From a virus: a stretch of 64,000 nucleotides of DNA. The DNA lies in the IMG/VR virus record IMGVR_UViG_3300029319_000003, positions 120,188 through 184,187 of that record; one strand, given 5' to 3'. Below the pieces are notes generated by a model. That model ran no database searches. It saw only the letters and a list, made by a program, of their open reading frames with translations, and was not told the origin of the DNA. The position numbers and the translations under genes are program-made. Numbering within the stretch: the first letter of the stretch is position 1; every line of letters starts with the position of its first letter. Positions 36,132-47,008 of this stretch are shown in pieces.

Positions 36132-38654
36132 TTAAAATAACACTGTTGTTATCAAACTCGCAGATGGAGCAACACAACATGGTACAATTTTATAATAATA
36201 GTTTTTGTTTGCACATCCCGGTTCTGTTGGATTCGGTGCCATTGACCACTTTTGTTTTTCCGGTCCATCAATAAAATTGTCCCTTGGATCATTGTATGTC
36301 CATGTGGTAAAGTACCCGCCGGCAAAGCCGGTGCCGCTCGCACCACCCTGCGTGGCATCATACACTGTTTTATCAGTTGTGGTTTGACCGGTTGTTGTGC
36401 CATCAGGGGGAGGAGAACCGGGAAGATATTTATTACCACTAGGGGTGACATTATAATATTGACCACAACCCGGCCTCATCCAATATGAGCCAGACAAAGG
36501 ATCTATTGTATTATACTTATTACCAATATGAACCCACGATGAGTCATCCTCGGGAGTTTGTGTTCGCCAAACCTCAAATCTGTGATAGCATTCACCAACG
36601 GTTCTCCAGCCTACATCAATTGTTCCATATTTATCAAGTTCGGTGCAGTCATAACTATCAGTAAATACGTCAGTGACGGGTGCGGGCGGCATAACTACTT
36701 TAATAGAACCCGTGGCTCCGCAACACCCCTCTGGATCCCAAACTGTATATTCGTAATATTCGACGCCACAACAAGGATCCGCATTCCGTGCTCCTTCAGC
36801 AATGGCGTTAGCAGCACGCGAACCTTCTCCTTCTTTCCGATCAGGGCAATCGCTAAAGTTATCGTCACAGCAGCAGTTATTTTCAAATGTGAAAATGGGA
36901 GCACCAGTCACTCCAAAAAGTTGTTTCTCCATCCCAGCCATGCCAGTGATTGCCGGGTTGATAATGTTTGTCCGTGCAGACCACTGCATCCAATTTACAT
37001 CTGAGACGCCGTTAACATTCGCAAAACTCAAAGCCTGCCAGCGCTTGAAAACTGGACCGGGATCGGTCATCATCAATTGCACACAGTTAGTGTTATTTGG
37101 GTTGACTTTTGCTACTATTCTTAATCCCGTGTTAGTTCTATGCTTTAAGTCAACTGTCTCCCTAACATCGACATGATTAATTGCTTGGATTACTTTTGTC
37201 ACTGTTGCGGCTGTGGTGCTCACACCATTCATAGGGATATATACAAACTTTAAATTTCTTTCAACTTCAGTTTTGGAAGTGTCGAAAATAAATTTTAGAT
37301 ATGTTCCATACTGGTCCTCTAAAATAAAATGATCGTTGTTATTTGGAACCTGAGAGAAGTCAAAATTAACCTGCGGAAATGTAGTACTCGCGCCCCAAAC
37401 ATCAAACCTTTCGGGAGGAGGAATTGGGATTGGCCACTTTTCAAGCATATCCAGAATTCGCTGGTTTACCCAGTCTTTTCTTGTAATGCGATCCCAGTCT
37501 GGCTGCTTGGTTTCCCAAGGTTCCCATTTTTCCCACTTGGGTATATCATCATTATTGCCAAATCTGCCGTCCCAAGGAACCTGTTCTCTTCGCATGCCAG
37601 ACTCTGGATTAAAGTTATCCTGCGTCTCTTGTTGACCGTGAACCGACCAGCACTGCTCATCTTTCTGGCTTTTATATGTGATATTATAATCCATATGATA
37701 CAAGGGGTAATCAAACATCTTGATCCCAACGCCATACCTATCTGTGACTGAGTATCCATGCAACTGAACATGATCCAGTAGGTTAATACTAAAAGAGGTG
37801 GTTTCAGAGCAAGATGCGGTGACTTCAATATCGCTAGCGGTAATATATTTACAACACTCGACGTTCGCGACAACACAATCAGATTTTGTTTGGGCTTCTT
37901 GTGGCACATAGGCTTGACCATTATAAACAAACATCATTGCCTGCACCATATAGCCAAACTTCTTCTGAGTACCTTGAGGGCAGCAGCCCATTTCAGCAGA
38001 TAAATCTTCAACAAACTCGGCAATGAATTGTCCAGAGAAAGTACTGTTGGCGTGGTCAATTCCGCTAGCCTTGAGTATCTTGTTGAATGTACCCTTGCAA
38101 TCATTGTACCATTCAACATGATTTGGGGCGATAAAATAAGATGCTTCCGTACCATCGGCTGGTGCGTCAATAATATCTGCAACTCGCACATATCCATACT
38201 TTTGGATTTCTTCTTCGCTACACGGATTTGCTGTTATACTCAAAGGGGGAATTTTACTAACATCGAAATTTTTCCTTACAGACCAACTGTCGCTACGAAG
38301 TCTTACTTTTGTTACAGTCGGATCATTCGCACCATATGATGGGTTATAGGGAACTTGCCCGCCCTGAGCAACAACCCGCTCTTCTTCACAGCAAGTTTGG
38401 CGTCCGTCTGGGCACACTGTGACTGGTGTACGATAAACTCTATATCCAAAAAATGATTTCTGATTTTCGCCTGAACCTTGTACGAGGTCGCTGGCATCAT
38501 CCCACTGCCACTGAAGTGCAATGTGCATAGGGTCGCTGCCGGCACAAGCAAAATTTGAAGCATGGGTTTTATAATCAAGAACACGAAGATTGGTGGTATA
38601 ATTCCAATCTGTTTTGCACAATAAGTTTTCTGCTGAAGGGTTTGCTATTGCCAT
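36132..38654 (-). CDS. Cys-rich putative virion surface protein with two FN3-like regions
   Basis: LQWQW...GYRVYRT; VGWRT...FEVWRT; several CC/CCC clusters; FSQVPNNNDHFILEDQYG module. Confidence 0.6.
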   Translation of the reverse strand: MAIANPSAENLLCKTDWNYTTNLRVLDYKTHASNFACAGSDPMHIALQWQWDDASDLVQGSGENQKSFFGYRVYRTPVTVCPDGRQTCCEEERVVAQGGQVPYNPSYGANDPTVTKVRLRSDSWSVRKNFDVSKIPPLSITANPCSEEEIQKYGYVRVADIIDAPADGTEASYFIAPNHVEWYNDCKGTFNKILKASGIDHANSTFSGQFIAEFVEDLSAEMGCCPQGTQKKFGYMVQAMMFVYNGQAYVPQEAQTKSDCVVANVECCKYITASDIEVTASCSETTSFSINLLDHVQLHGYSVTDRYGVGIKMFDYPLYHMDYNITYKSQKDEQCWSVHGQQETQDNFNPESGMRREQVPWDGRFGNNDDIPKWEKWEPWETKQPDWDRITRKDWVNQRILDMLEKWPIPIPPPERFDVWGASTTFPQVNFDFSQVPNNNDHFILEDQYGTYLKFIFDTSKTEVERNLKFVYIPMNGVSTTAATVTKVIQAINHVDVRETVDLKHRTNTGLRIVAKVNPNNTNCVQLMMTDPGPVFKRWQALSFANVNGVSDVNWMQWSARTNIINPAITGMAGMEKQLFGVTGAPIFTFENNCCCDDNFSDCPDRKEGEGSRAANAIAEGARNADPCCGVEYYEYTVWDPEGCCGATGSIKVVMPPAPVTDVFTDSYDCTELDKYGTIDVGWRTVGECYHRFEVWRTQTPEDDSSWVHIGNKYNTIDPLSGSYWMRPGCGQYYNVTPSGNKYLPGSPPPDGTTTGQTTTDKTVYDATQGGASGTGFAGGYFTTWTYNDPRDNFIDGPEKQKWSMAPNPTEPGCANKNYYYKIVPCCVAPSASLITTVLF

Positions 38655-38663
38655 TGTTTAATC

Positions 38664-41639
38664 CTATTTTGGGGTATCCTTGCAAAATGGTACGCCGCAC
38701 TGATCGCTTGGAGCATGCAGAATGGTGCCAACTGCCGGTCCACCAGTTGCACCCGGTGCGGCGGCTTTGAAAATACCGTTAACTCCTGCGGCTCTATCAA
38801 TATAATAAGTATACAGCGCGACAAGATCGTATACATCAAAATAATCATTATTTGTCGGAGACGCTATTTTTGCCCAAAAATGTATAGTCTTTGTCTTGCC
38901 ACCGGTGAACCTTCTAGGGTTTCCACTGCTTGCTAAGGTGTTCTGGAAGGATGCTGCATATGCTATCTCTGTGTTTCCGTTAACACCTTTCTTTGCTCCA
39001 ATTGCACCCTGTGTAACATTGATAACTCCGTTACCAGCATTTGCAACAGTTAATTTACCAAAGTGTCCACCACCACCCCCGGTGAGATTATTAAGCGTAG
39101 AGTTGCTGACATTACCACTAATTGTCTTATTGCCGTTTGTGCCGGCTGCGTCTTGTACAAGCACAACAACTCCAGCGGATGCGCCAACAGACGCCGTGAT
39201 TGCCACTGCCGTCTGGGTGTTGATTACGGTCTTAATTCTGGTCGCCAATGCTGTAACGTCTGCGAGCCCAGATAATCCGATAATAAAATCACCATTCTGA
39301 TCTACCGAACCGTCTGCGGTCTGAACACCGCCTTTAAAAACAAATCCCTTTGCAGTATTACCGGCATCAGTAAGAACGAATTTTTCATTGTTGTTTGGAA
39401 AGCCACTAAAAACAACTGAGCCCCGTGCCTGCCCTTTTACTGCTGCTGCAAAATTTGCAGCGGTTCCAAGTTTAGTGGCGCATGCATTGAATTCATTATT
39501 GCTTCCGACGGCAGTACCATCGTTTTTAATTTTATATGTTACAGCGGTTTGTGTGCCGTTTGCCAGTGTAGAAGTTAAAGTTGCTGTACCGTTATTTGTT
39601 TGCTTATGCTTGGTCGCGTGAAAGGTGAACCCTGCTGAAGCGGCAGCGCCGACCGAGGGCTTCTTTTTCTTTGTGATTAGGTCTTGTAACCACACCAGAG
39701 ATTCACCACTGACATATCCAGTGCCATCATCACCAGTCCAACTATTGCTTGCCTTCTGTTTCTTTGAGCCAAATCCAGCAGTAGAGCCGCACCCAGACGA
39801 AGCCATCGGCTTGACACTTTGGTGTCCGGTGGAAACAATTCTTGTTGCAACCACTTTAGGTGTTTGACCAGTTGCATATGGACCCTTTGTTCGCACCCTT
39901 AATAGACTTTTAAATTCCGTTGATGGATCAGCCACTGCTGCCATGCCGGGATTAAAGACCGTAATAGTTTGTCGATAAGTGGAGCCTACCAAAAATGGCT
40001 CAGACACTAAGGTCATACAACCAGCACGATAAATTGGAGAAGACAAAGGAACTTGAATTGGCTTAATAATACCACCTGTCCTTTTTCCTACTTTAGCAAA
40101 CCCTTCAACCGTGAACTCTAATGCTGTAATGTAAGAGTCAGCATTAACTTGACCACTCGTTATCTCAGCATCTGTTTTATATTGTAATGTGAAATCGTAT
40201 GTTGGAGTGCGGCGACTTCTAACGAAAACATTTGATTCAGCCGAATCAACAACCCTTATACCAGAGTTTTTCTGGCAAGGTGTATAAACAAGACTGTCGC
40301 ATGAGCCCACTATTTGCCCACAGGCTGTACTCCCAGCAGAGCCGATTTCGCCGGCAGAGTTTGCAGTGGTGTAAGCGTTTGACATTCGAACGTCCAAGCC
40401 ATCTGTGCAAATTACAAAAGAGTGGTGGTTTTGAATTGTTCCACCGTTGAGAGACGCGCTTAATAAAACGTCGCTCCCGCCGCCGTTCGCATATGTATAA
40501 AGTTCCCAATCATAAATTGGCTTGGTTACCGTGTTGTCGGAAACCGGCGAACTCATTGTCACGTCATACCAATCTGTTGTCCCGTTCTTACCTCCAGAGG
40601 CGATGGTACATGTCCAGTTTTTATTGGAATGTTTGGCAACGCCACCCACTAGTGCGTTGATTGTAATACCGTCATCGGATGGCGCATTGGCACTGGTTGA
40701 CTTGTAACCAAATCTAAAAGTAATGTTTGAAAATCCTTTGACTCCACACCCAGCAGAATAGCCACCGCGAATAATTGCCTTATTGTCTCCGCTGGCTCCT
40801 GATACATCCAAATAATAGCCGGGATTGTTTGCAAGGCTGTTGTTGCCTGTCTCATCAGTGTATTTAATTTGTGCGTAATCACCGTAGGCTGTCGCACATG
40901 AATCACCACCAGCCATCTTCTGGATCGGGTAAACAGAGTTTGCGCCACCGATTGGAGGACCAAGCACAAATCGATAATTGTTTGACGAGCCGTTGTGGGT
41001 GTTGGTGGCACCGATACCGGTCTGCCCTGACGCCTCAGAAAAGAATCGAATCTTCGTAGGACCAGTGGCAAACTCAATTTCAGCCTCATGTCTTGCTCCC
41101 GGCGCTTGGCTTGGCACGTTGTGTGTGTTAGCAGTTGAGTTATCGGTAAACTGTAGAAGCGGAGCGTTTCCTGTAAGTTTAATTACGGGCGCGGGATTTT
41201 CACAGTCAGCCAACCTGAACGTAATTTTTGCGAGATGAGTGGGCGCTGCTGCATCAAGATTCGCGTACCAAGCATTGTTCATAGCAATTTTTGGATAGGC
41301 TGTTGGTGAGTTACCACAACCATTTATAAGTTGCCAAGCGTCTCCATCGCCTCCAGCCATGTCGTCTCCGGTGAGCACGCTATTCACGCGGATAGCCGAC
41401 TGTCCACACAAAGTACTTAAATCTAGTTCAATTTTTAAATCTGTTAATTTAGTGGGCTTTGCAGAACCGGGCGCTGTAGAATAAACTGAGGATACTTGAT
41501 TAACACAAGCATACAGATCTACTGCTGTCTGTTCTACGCAGCCATCGGTTTTGAAAAAGGGTGCCATCCACACAGCGATCCATGTTTCTTGACCATTGAC
41601 ATTTCGAATCCATGAGCATTGATTACAATTAATAGGCAT
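38664..41639 (-). CDS. Large putative virion surface protein (beta-sandwich domains, two shared modules, dockerin/EF-hand-like C-terminus)
   Basis: Gly/Ser/Thr/Asn-rich; FSGFPNNNEKFVLTDAG module; NNDYFDVYDLVAL. Confidence 0.55.
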   Translation of the reverse strand: MPINCNQCSWIRNVNGQETWIAVWMAPFFKTDGCVEQTAVDLYACVNQVSSVYSTAPGSAKPTKLTDLKIELDLSTLCGQSAIRVNSVLTGDDMAGGDGDAWQLINGCGNSPTAYPKIAMNNAWYANLDAAAPTHLAKITFRLADCENPAPVIKLTGNAPLLQFTDNSTANTHNVPSQAPGARHEAEIEFATGPTKIRFFSEASGQTGIGATNTHNGSSNNYRFVLGPPIGGANSVYPIQKMAGGDSCATAYGDYAQIKYTDETGNNSLANNPGYYLDVSGASGDNKAIIRGGYSAGCGVKGFSNITFRFGYKSTSANAPSDDGITINALVGGVAKHSNKNWTCTIASGGKNGTTDWYDVTMSSPVSDNTVTKPIYDWELYTYANGGGSDVLLSASLNGGTIQNHHSFVICTDGLDVRMSNAYTTANSAGEIGSAGSTACGQIVGSCDSLVYTPCQKNSGIRVVDSAESNVFVRSRRTPTYDFTLQYKTDAEITSGQVNADSYITALEFTVEGFAKVGKRTGGIIKPIQVPLSSPIYRAGCMTLVSEPFLVGSTYRQTITVFNPGMAAVADPSTEFKSLLRVRTKGPYATGQTPKVVATRIVSTGHQSVKPMASSGCGSTAGFGSKKQKASNSWTGDDGTGYVSGESLVWLQDLITKKKKPSVGAAASAGFTFHATKHKQTNNGTATLTSTLANGTQTAVTYKIKNDGTAVGSNNEFNACATKLGTAANFAAAVKGQARGSVVFSGFPNNNEKFVLTDAGNTAKGFVFKGGVQTADGSVDQNGDFIIGLSGLADVTALATRIKTVINTQTAVAITASVGASAGVVVLVQDAAGTNGNKTISGNVSNSTLNNLTGGGGGHFGKLTVANAGNGVINVTQGAIGAKKGVNGNTEIAYAASFQNTLASSGNPRRFTGGKTKTIHFWAKIASPTNNDYFDVYDLVALYTYYIDRAAGVNGIFKAAAPGATGGPAVGTILHAPSDQCGVPFCKDTPK

Positions 41640-41718
41640 TTAAATTTCCACCGTCATTTACTTTAATGTGCCGTTCACGCTTCTAATTAGTTATTTATTC
41701 GTTTATTTCACAAATAGA

Positions 41719-41754
41719 AACACCCTCTAAACACAGAAAGTGCGAGAGGGTGTT
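41719..41754 (-). terminator. Intrinsic terminator
   Basis: AACACCCTCT...AGAGGGTGTT followed by TCTATTT on the minus strand, downstream of the 839-aa gene. Confidence 0.65.
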
Positions 41755-41791
41755 CATATAATTTCTACTGTTAAGTGCGAGAATAGATCAC

Positions 41792-44311
41792 CTACTTGAT
41801 TTTAAACCATTGACGCATCAGTCTTTCGTTTAGAGCGGTTGCCCTAATTGCATATTGATCATCAACTGTTTCTTCCATCGGGTCCATCCCCATGAAATCT
41901 TCGATAGCAGCCATGATCTCTTCAGGAGCATAATTCCCTTCGACACCGGGTTGCGCCATGACCGCTTGCATAATTTCTTGCTCACCAGCACCGGGGTTAG
42001 CCTCAAGAACGTCTTCAATGGTGAACTTGAGTTGATTCATATGCTCGTCACCCTCAACACCTGCCATTGGATCGTCTTGCCAATCTTCTTCCAACGCTCC
42101 ACTGTGAAGCGCGTCAAGGTACTTCTGATCTGGTGCTTTGACTGGTAGCGGATCTTCACCGCGAGCCATCAGAACGGCGTTGTATGCCTCCATATAGGCT
42201 TCGTCGCCCTGTCCAATCTTTGATGGGGGGTTGCCATCTTCAGCGTCAATCTTTCCATATTCAGCCATTGAGCCACCTTCGTACATCTTCTTTTTCTTTT
42301 TATCGTCGCGCTTGTACTTGCCTTCACTCATCAATGAATATTCGTCTCCGAAATCCTCGTCTGGGATCAGTCTAAGTGACTTCTGCTGAACCAGTGCATC
42401 AAGGAAAGCCTTAACTTCTTCATGCATAATGTCTGGATTTTCTTCGACAACGACTGCAATTAGTTCGTCTGCCGAAATTGTGCCGTCCCTCTTCATTGGA
42501 GTATTGTCAACGACAGAACTCCACATTCTTTCAGGTTTGTCACCGTCAATGACGTTTTCTTGTATATTATAATCGGCTTTGGCTTGTTCTGAATCGAGAT
42601 ATGCCGCTGCCTCGGCAGGGTCATAGATTTTCGGGGATTTTGACCCAGCCCATAAAGACGCTTTTACCCCATCTGCACCAGCCGCCATACCAACGTATCC
42701 TTTTGTTCCATCTTCAAAATAGGCTATTACATCAGTGCCATCGTCTTCCGTTTTGACCAACTTCTTCTGCATTTGTTTCGCCATCGCATCAACAAATTTC
42801 TCCCGAGCGTCACCATCACCGAACATGTCTCTGTCGGAGTAACCACCGTCTTCGTCGTCGTAGTCACCGAATCCGTCAATTTCTTGCAATGAGCCTTCTG
42901 AAAGAGCAGCAAGGACCATTTTTTCAATAGACTTTCTTAGAGACTCATCCTTCTTCTTGTCTTCAACTTCATCTCCAACATCCTCATCTTCTTTGCCGCT
43001 GCGAAGTCCAGCAAGATCAGATGGTTCAATCTTTCCATCATCATCGAGATCTAGTTCTTTCTGAGCCGGGGAAAGATCGCCCTGTGGTTCGTCTTCGTCT
43101 CCGTCATCTTCTTGAATCATGGTCGAGCCGATGAAGTTGAGCAACTTTGAAACATTGGCATTATTAAAGCGAGCCTTGTTTGTTTCATTTAGCGCATCAT
43201 AGACAGTCACCAGTTCTTGAGCCTGTGCCTGAGAAACAGGAATACCATCTACTTTTTCGGTTGCGTTTGCTTCCGAAAGATTGCTTGCAATCCAACGAAG
43301 ATTATTGATTCGTTCGCCACCGACGGGCTTGGTTGTTTCTTTCAACATCTTGATCACTTCAGGATCAAAAAGGTTGACGCCAGCCTCTTGAAGTCGGCTC
43401 ACGATTTCTTCTGCAATATATTTGTTGATATTCATTTTGGTATCCTCTTGTCTATTAAATAGATTATTATTCTCAACTAGTAATCCTTTTTTTCCATTTT
43501 CTTGAGCCTGTGGTTTTGGCGTCTTTGGGGTTGGATTAATTTTTTGTTCAAACTGGGTTTGACTGTAATACTTGCTACCCCATGTGTCGTCGTCGTCCAA
43601 CTCTTTCATTATTTGAATTGTTTGAACCTCTCCAGTGGGAGGGTGCTTCTTTGACAACTGAGCAACGAGGTCGTCCCACGCCTGTACTAATTTTTCAGGG
43701 TCTGATGGGGGGATTTGACCTTTTAGCCAATAAACGAATGACATGATCTCGCGGGGCTCTTCCGTCCACCACTCTTCCATATTTGGAAAGCCATTCATAC
43801 CTTCAACAACTTTTGACTCGTTGATAAATCCCCAACTTTTAAGCAAGCGGTGGTTTAATCGCGTGTGCTTGTGACCATATAAATCTTTGCCTTCATAAAT
43901 CGCACCCGGTTGCATTTGAGATTTAACAGTGTCTTCCCAGTCTCGGAAACACAGATTACCCTGCTCATATGCCTCTCTTTCCATTTCTCTCAGATGCGAG
44001 TCGTTTTGAGCATATCCCTGCTCTCCCACATTGGAAGCGCCATCAAACGCGCCACGGCAGTTCTGAGCGTGATGTACCAACTCATGAGACACTGAGCGCA
44101 TAATGTCTTTGATATGACGACCGGTTGTAAATACGGTGACCTCGCTTGTTTGAGGGTTATAGTATGCTGTCTTGCCAAAAGGCTTCTCTGCGTTTTCAGC
44201 ATCATTCACAAAGTGGATCTTTGCATCACGATCAAACCCGTAGGTCTTCTTCGCATATGGATAAAAACTTTTAGTTAATTTCTGGAGCAGTTTTGATTTA
44301 AGATTCGGCAT
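41792..44311 (-). CDS. Modular acidic protein with N-terminal HExxH domain and EF-hand-like motif; putative internal head protein
   Basis: MRSVSHELVHHAQN...EMEREAY; DLDDDGKIEPSDL; many (L/I/M)xE junctions. Confidence 0.65.
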   Translation of the reverse strand: MPNLKSKLLQKLTKSFYPYAKKTYGFDRDAKIHFVNDAENAEKPFGKTAYYNPQTSEVTVFTTGRHIKDIMRSVSHELVHHAQNCRGAFDGASNVGEQGYAQNDSHLREMEREAYEQGNLCFRDWEDTVKSQMQPGAIYEGKDLYGHKHTRLNHRLLKSWGFINESKVVEGMNGFPNMEEWWTEEPREIMSFVYWLKGQIPPSDPEKLVQAWDDLVAQLSKKHPPTGEVQTIQIMKELDDDDTWGSKYYSQTQFEQKINPTPKTPKPQAQENGKKGLLVENNNLFNRQEDTKMNINKYIAEEIVSRLQEAGVNLFDPEVIKMLKETTKPVGGERINNLRWIASNLSEANATEKVDGIPVSQAQAQELVTVYDALNETNKARFNNANVSKLLNFIGSTMIQEDDGDEDEPQGDLSPAQKELDLDDDGKIEPSDLAGLRSGKEDEDVGDEVEDKKKDESLRKSIEKMVLAALSEGSLQEIDGFGDYDDEDGGYSDRDMFGDGDAREKFVDAMAKQMQKKLVKTEDDGTDVIAYFEDGTKGYVGMAAGADGVKASLWAGSKSPKIYDPAEAAAYLDSEQAKADYNIQENVIDGDKPERMWSSVVDNTPMKRDGTISADELIAVVVEENPDIMHEEVKAFLDALVQQKSLRLIPDEDFGDEYSLMSEGKYKRDDKKKKKMYEGGSMAEYGKIDAEDGNPPSKIGQGDEAYMEAYNAVLMARGEDPLPVKAPDQKYLDALHSGALEEDWQDDPMAGVEGDEHMNQLKFTIEDVLEANPGAGEQEIMQAVMAQPGVEGNYAPEEIMAAIEDFMGMDPMEETVDDQYAIRATALNERLMRQWFKIK

Positions 44312-44852
44312 TCAAGTCTCTCCCTGAAATCATTTTCATTAATTGATAGGCATCATCGCCGTCAAGTTCTGACTGGGCAGCGGCTTGTTCGAATCCCACA
44401 CTCTTGGTGGTCTTTAAAAAATCTTTTGCTTGGTCGCGGTCGCCACCAAAGAATTCAGCAATCGAAGCAAGGAATTGCTCTTCAACACTGGGTTGACTGT
44501 CAATGCCAAAACGCTGCATAGGACCGCCCTGAGAGCCGCTGTGACCGCCTCCAGCGGAGGCAGCGTGTGTTGAGGCTACCCGAGTTTCGTCAATTTTTTC
44601 TGGCAGTCCTTTGTGGGAAGTGCTAGCAAAATCTTCAGCGTCCTTTGCTTTCATATTGCGGGCTACATCTTCAACTTCTTTCGAAGCACAATCTTTATAT
44701 CCACTCTTCTTGCAAGCATGAACCATACCCATGAACTCTTGTTGATTTTTTGATTTAGCCTTTTCTTGTAGGATGGAACGTACCATTACCTCAATCAGTC
44801 TTTGCAAACGTGACTCAGAGATTCGAAGTTTTGGCTGCGCTCGCAATTTCAT
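44298..44852 (-). CDS. DUF3008-like protein with leader motif
   Basis: EKAKSKNQQEFMG...AEDFASTSHKGLPEKI; N-terminal RLQRLIEVMVRSILQE. Confidence 0.65.
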   Translation of the reverse strand: MKLRAQPKLRISESRLQRLIEVMVRSILQEKAKSKNQQEFMGMVHACKKSGYKDCASKEVEDVARNMKAKDAEDFASTSHKGLPEKIDETRVASTHAASAGGGHSGSQGGPMQRFGIDSQPSVEEQFLASIAEFFGGDRDQAKDFLKTTKSVGFEQAAAQSELDGDDAYQLMKMISGRDLNAES

Positions 44853-47008
44853 TTTTCAGATAGAATCCGCTTTACTTCAGCAATAATCTTTTTTGTTCTT
44901 GCCTCTGCCAACCCCTGCCTAAACTCGTTGGCACCGTCTTGATGCCCCGCTCGGCAAGCGGCGAAGTCAGAAACAGGACCGTCTCTGAGGGCGGTTTTAA
45001 CATCTACGCCCTTTCTGCCCATTTCAAAGCAGCGTGAATAGGCTTTCTCGTTTGCTTCTTGTTGCTCTGGGCTCACCTCTTCTTCAATGTCTCGTCTGGT
45101 GTTTACTTGTTGGGCTTGTGCTTGGGCTTGTAATACTGGAGTAATTGCTTCTGGAATTTCTTGAGCCAACATCATAAGAATATCCATGTGAGAATTACCC
45201 TTGCCGTGCAAAGAGCGAATAATTTCTTCTGCTTGCATCGCGCCTTCACGATAGCCTTCGTCAATCTTTGGCGTACCTTCAACTTTCTTAAGATGATCTG
45301 CTTTGATAATTGCAGCCTCGCCATTTTCATCGACCACCATGACCGCGCCGTCTGCACGAACCTCGGTGACCTTATATGCCTTGTCGTTGCGAATGTCATT
45401 AACTTGATCACCCTTTTCGAACATTGAGGCAGCACCTTCTTGCATGTGTGACCGAACCATATCGCGGATCGTATTCAAAGAAATTTTAATTGTCTTGTTG
45501 GCAGGAGCGGGAAGAGCCTCCATTGTAAGCGAAGCAATTTCTTCACGGTCAATATACATGTCCTTGCCTCTGTCATAAAATTCACCCTCCTTGGGGTCAT
45601 AATAAAGAACTGCACCAGACCTAAACTGGAATGGTCCTTCCAAGCCGGGGAGTGGTCCCATATCACCCTTGAGGTTGGGTACCTTGCCCTTGTCCATGAC
45701 AGACTTGTGGAACTCTCGATCTTCGTCAGAAAGTTTCCCTTCAGCAAACATCTCATCAGGCAAGCCGCCGACAACATCTTGAATGTCAGCGCCGGCGTAA
45801 ACTCTACCGGCAGAATCTTGAATTGAATCGCCGGATTCTAATTCTCCATAAAGCCAAGTAAGTAATTCACCCGGCATGTTCTCCACATCAGCCACATGAT
45901 CGCCGGTAAACTGAATGTCTGGGAGCATATAAATTGTGCCCCCATACTTCTTATCTTCTCTGGATTGGATTTGAGAAACATCAAAGCCGCCCATTGCTTC
46001 CTGCATAAACTTGGCTCCAACAGCGATTCCATCTTCAGTCATTTCCCAAGTATCACCAAAAGCGTCACTCAGTTGCCCCTGTAGTTGTGGGTCTGATTCA
46101 AGGCGTGCAATAGACTCAGGGCTCAATACAATTTCGAAACCGCCCATGTCATCTTCGTAAACTTCAGCCTCGGGAAAAATGGCAGTTGCTTTTGCAATCA
46201 TGCTGTCGCCTGAGTCTTCCTGCATCGGATTCTGTGTGTGTTGATACCCTAATACATATGGACCAATTTCTCTGAAATCTTCAGCAGGGTCAATGTCGAA
46301 CTTGGATGGTTTGCCAATAAAATACTTATCGCCAACAACAAGGACACCGGACAAGACGCGAGCATCGAACGCTTCATCCTTGAGAGCGTTTGCAATCTGC
46401 ATTAACTGCCCGCCTTGTTCAACGACGGTCAAAGCAATATCTTGTACTTGGTCCATTTCAGGGTCTTGGTTCCAGCCGCCTTGGTTGCGACTTGATTCGG
46501 TTTCTCCACCAGCGGCTTGCGTTTCGTGGTCGCCATATTCTTCTAGTTGTTGGCGAATGAAGCCCTTTAGTTGATCGATTGTAACTCTCACTGAGTTAAT
46601 GCCTCCAACAGAATTTTCATCCAAATAGTCACTCTCGCCTCCGATTGGTGGATCTGTTGGGCGCTTCATGGGTTCTGCTGGTCTTCCAAGAGACTCCTTT
46701 GCCGCATCAATAACTTTCCTAATGACTCCACCAGATACATAATCAGGCAAGATAGCCTCCAACGCGCTTTCGGGGTTGCTGCCTGCCTTTTGTTTAAATT
46801 GGTCACTATAGCGGCTCAACATTTTAAACTCTGGTTCTGACGCCATCAACTCTGCAATCTTTTCTATCAGTTCAACATCAGGCTTCGGAGCGGGACTACG
46901 AGGGACATATTCGCCTCGTTCTTCTTTCATATTATAACCTGAATTAATATCCTTCTCTTGCAGTTGCTGACGCACCAGTGCCCGCAATTGATCTACTGTA
47001 ACTTTCAT
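44849..47008 (-). CDS. Modular acidic protein with repeated leader motifs and an SH3/KOW-like module
   Basis: MKVTVDQLRALVRQQLQE, VRVTIDQLKGFIRQQLEE, IKISLNTIRDMVRSHMQE; FEKGDQV...YKVTEV. Confidence 0.7.
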   Translation of the reverse strand: MKVTVDQLRALVRQQLQEKDINSGYNMKEERGEYVPRSPAPKPDVELIEKIAELMASEPEFKMLSRYSDQFKQKAGSNPESALEAILPDYVSGGVIRKVIDAAKESLGRPAEPMKRPTDPPIGGESDYLDENSVGGINSVRVTIDQLKGFIRQQLEEYGDHETQAAGGETESSRNQGGWNQDPEMDQVQDIALTVVEQGGQLMQIANALKDEAFDARVLSGVLVVGDKYFIGKPSKFDIDPAEDFREIGPYVLGYQHTQNPMQEDSGDSMIAKATAIFPEAEVYEDDMGGFEIVLSPESIARLESDPQLQGQLSDAFGDTWEMTEDGIAVGAKFMQEAMGGFDVSQIQSREDKKYGGTIYMLPDIQFTGDHVADVENMPGELLTWLYGELESGDSIQDSAGRVYAGADIQDVVGGLPDEMFAEGKLSDEDREFHKSVMDKGKVPNLKGDMGPLPGLEGPFQFRSGAVLYYDPKEGEFYDRGKDMYIDREEIASLTMEALPAPANKTIKISLNTIRDMVRSHMQEGAASMFEKGDQVNDIRNDKAYKVTEVRADGAVMVVDENGEAAIIKADHLKKVEGTPKIDEGYREGAMQAEEIIRSLHGKGNSHMDILMMLAQEIPEAITPVLQAQAQAQQVNTRRDIEEEVSPEQQEANEKAYSRCFEMGRKGVDVKTALRDGPVSDFAACRAGHQDGANEFRQGLAEARTKKIIAEVKRILSEK

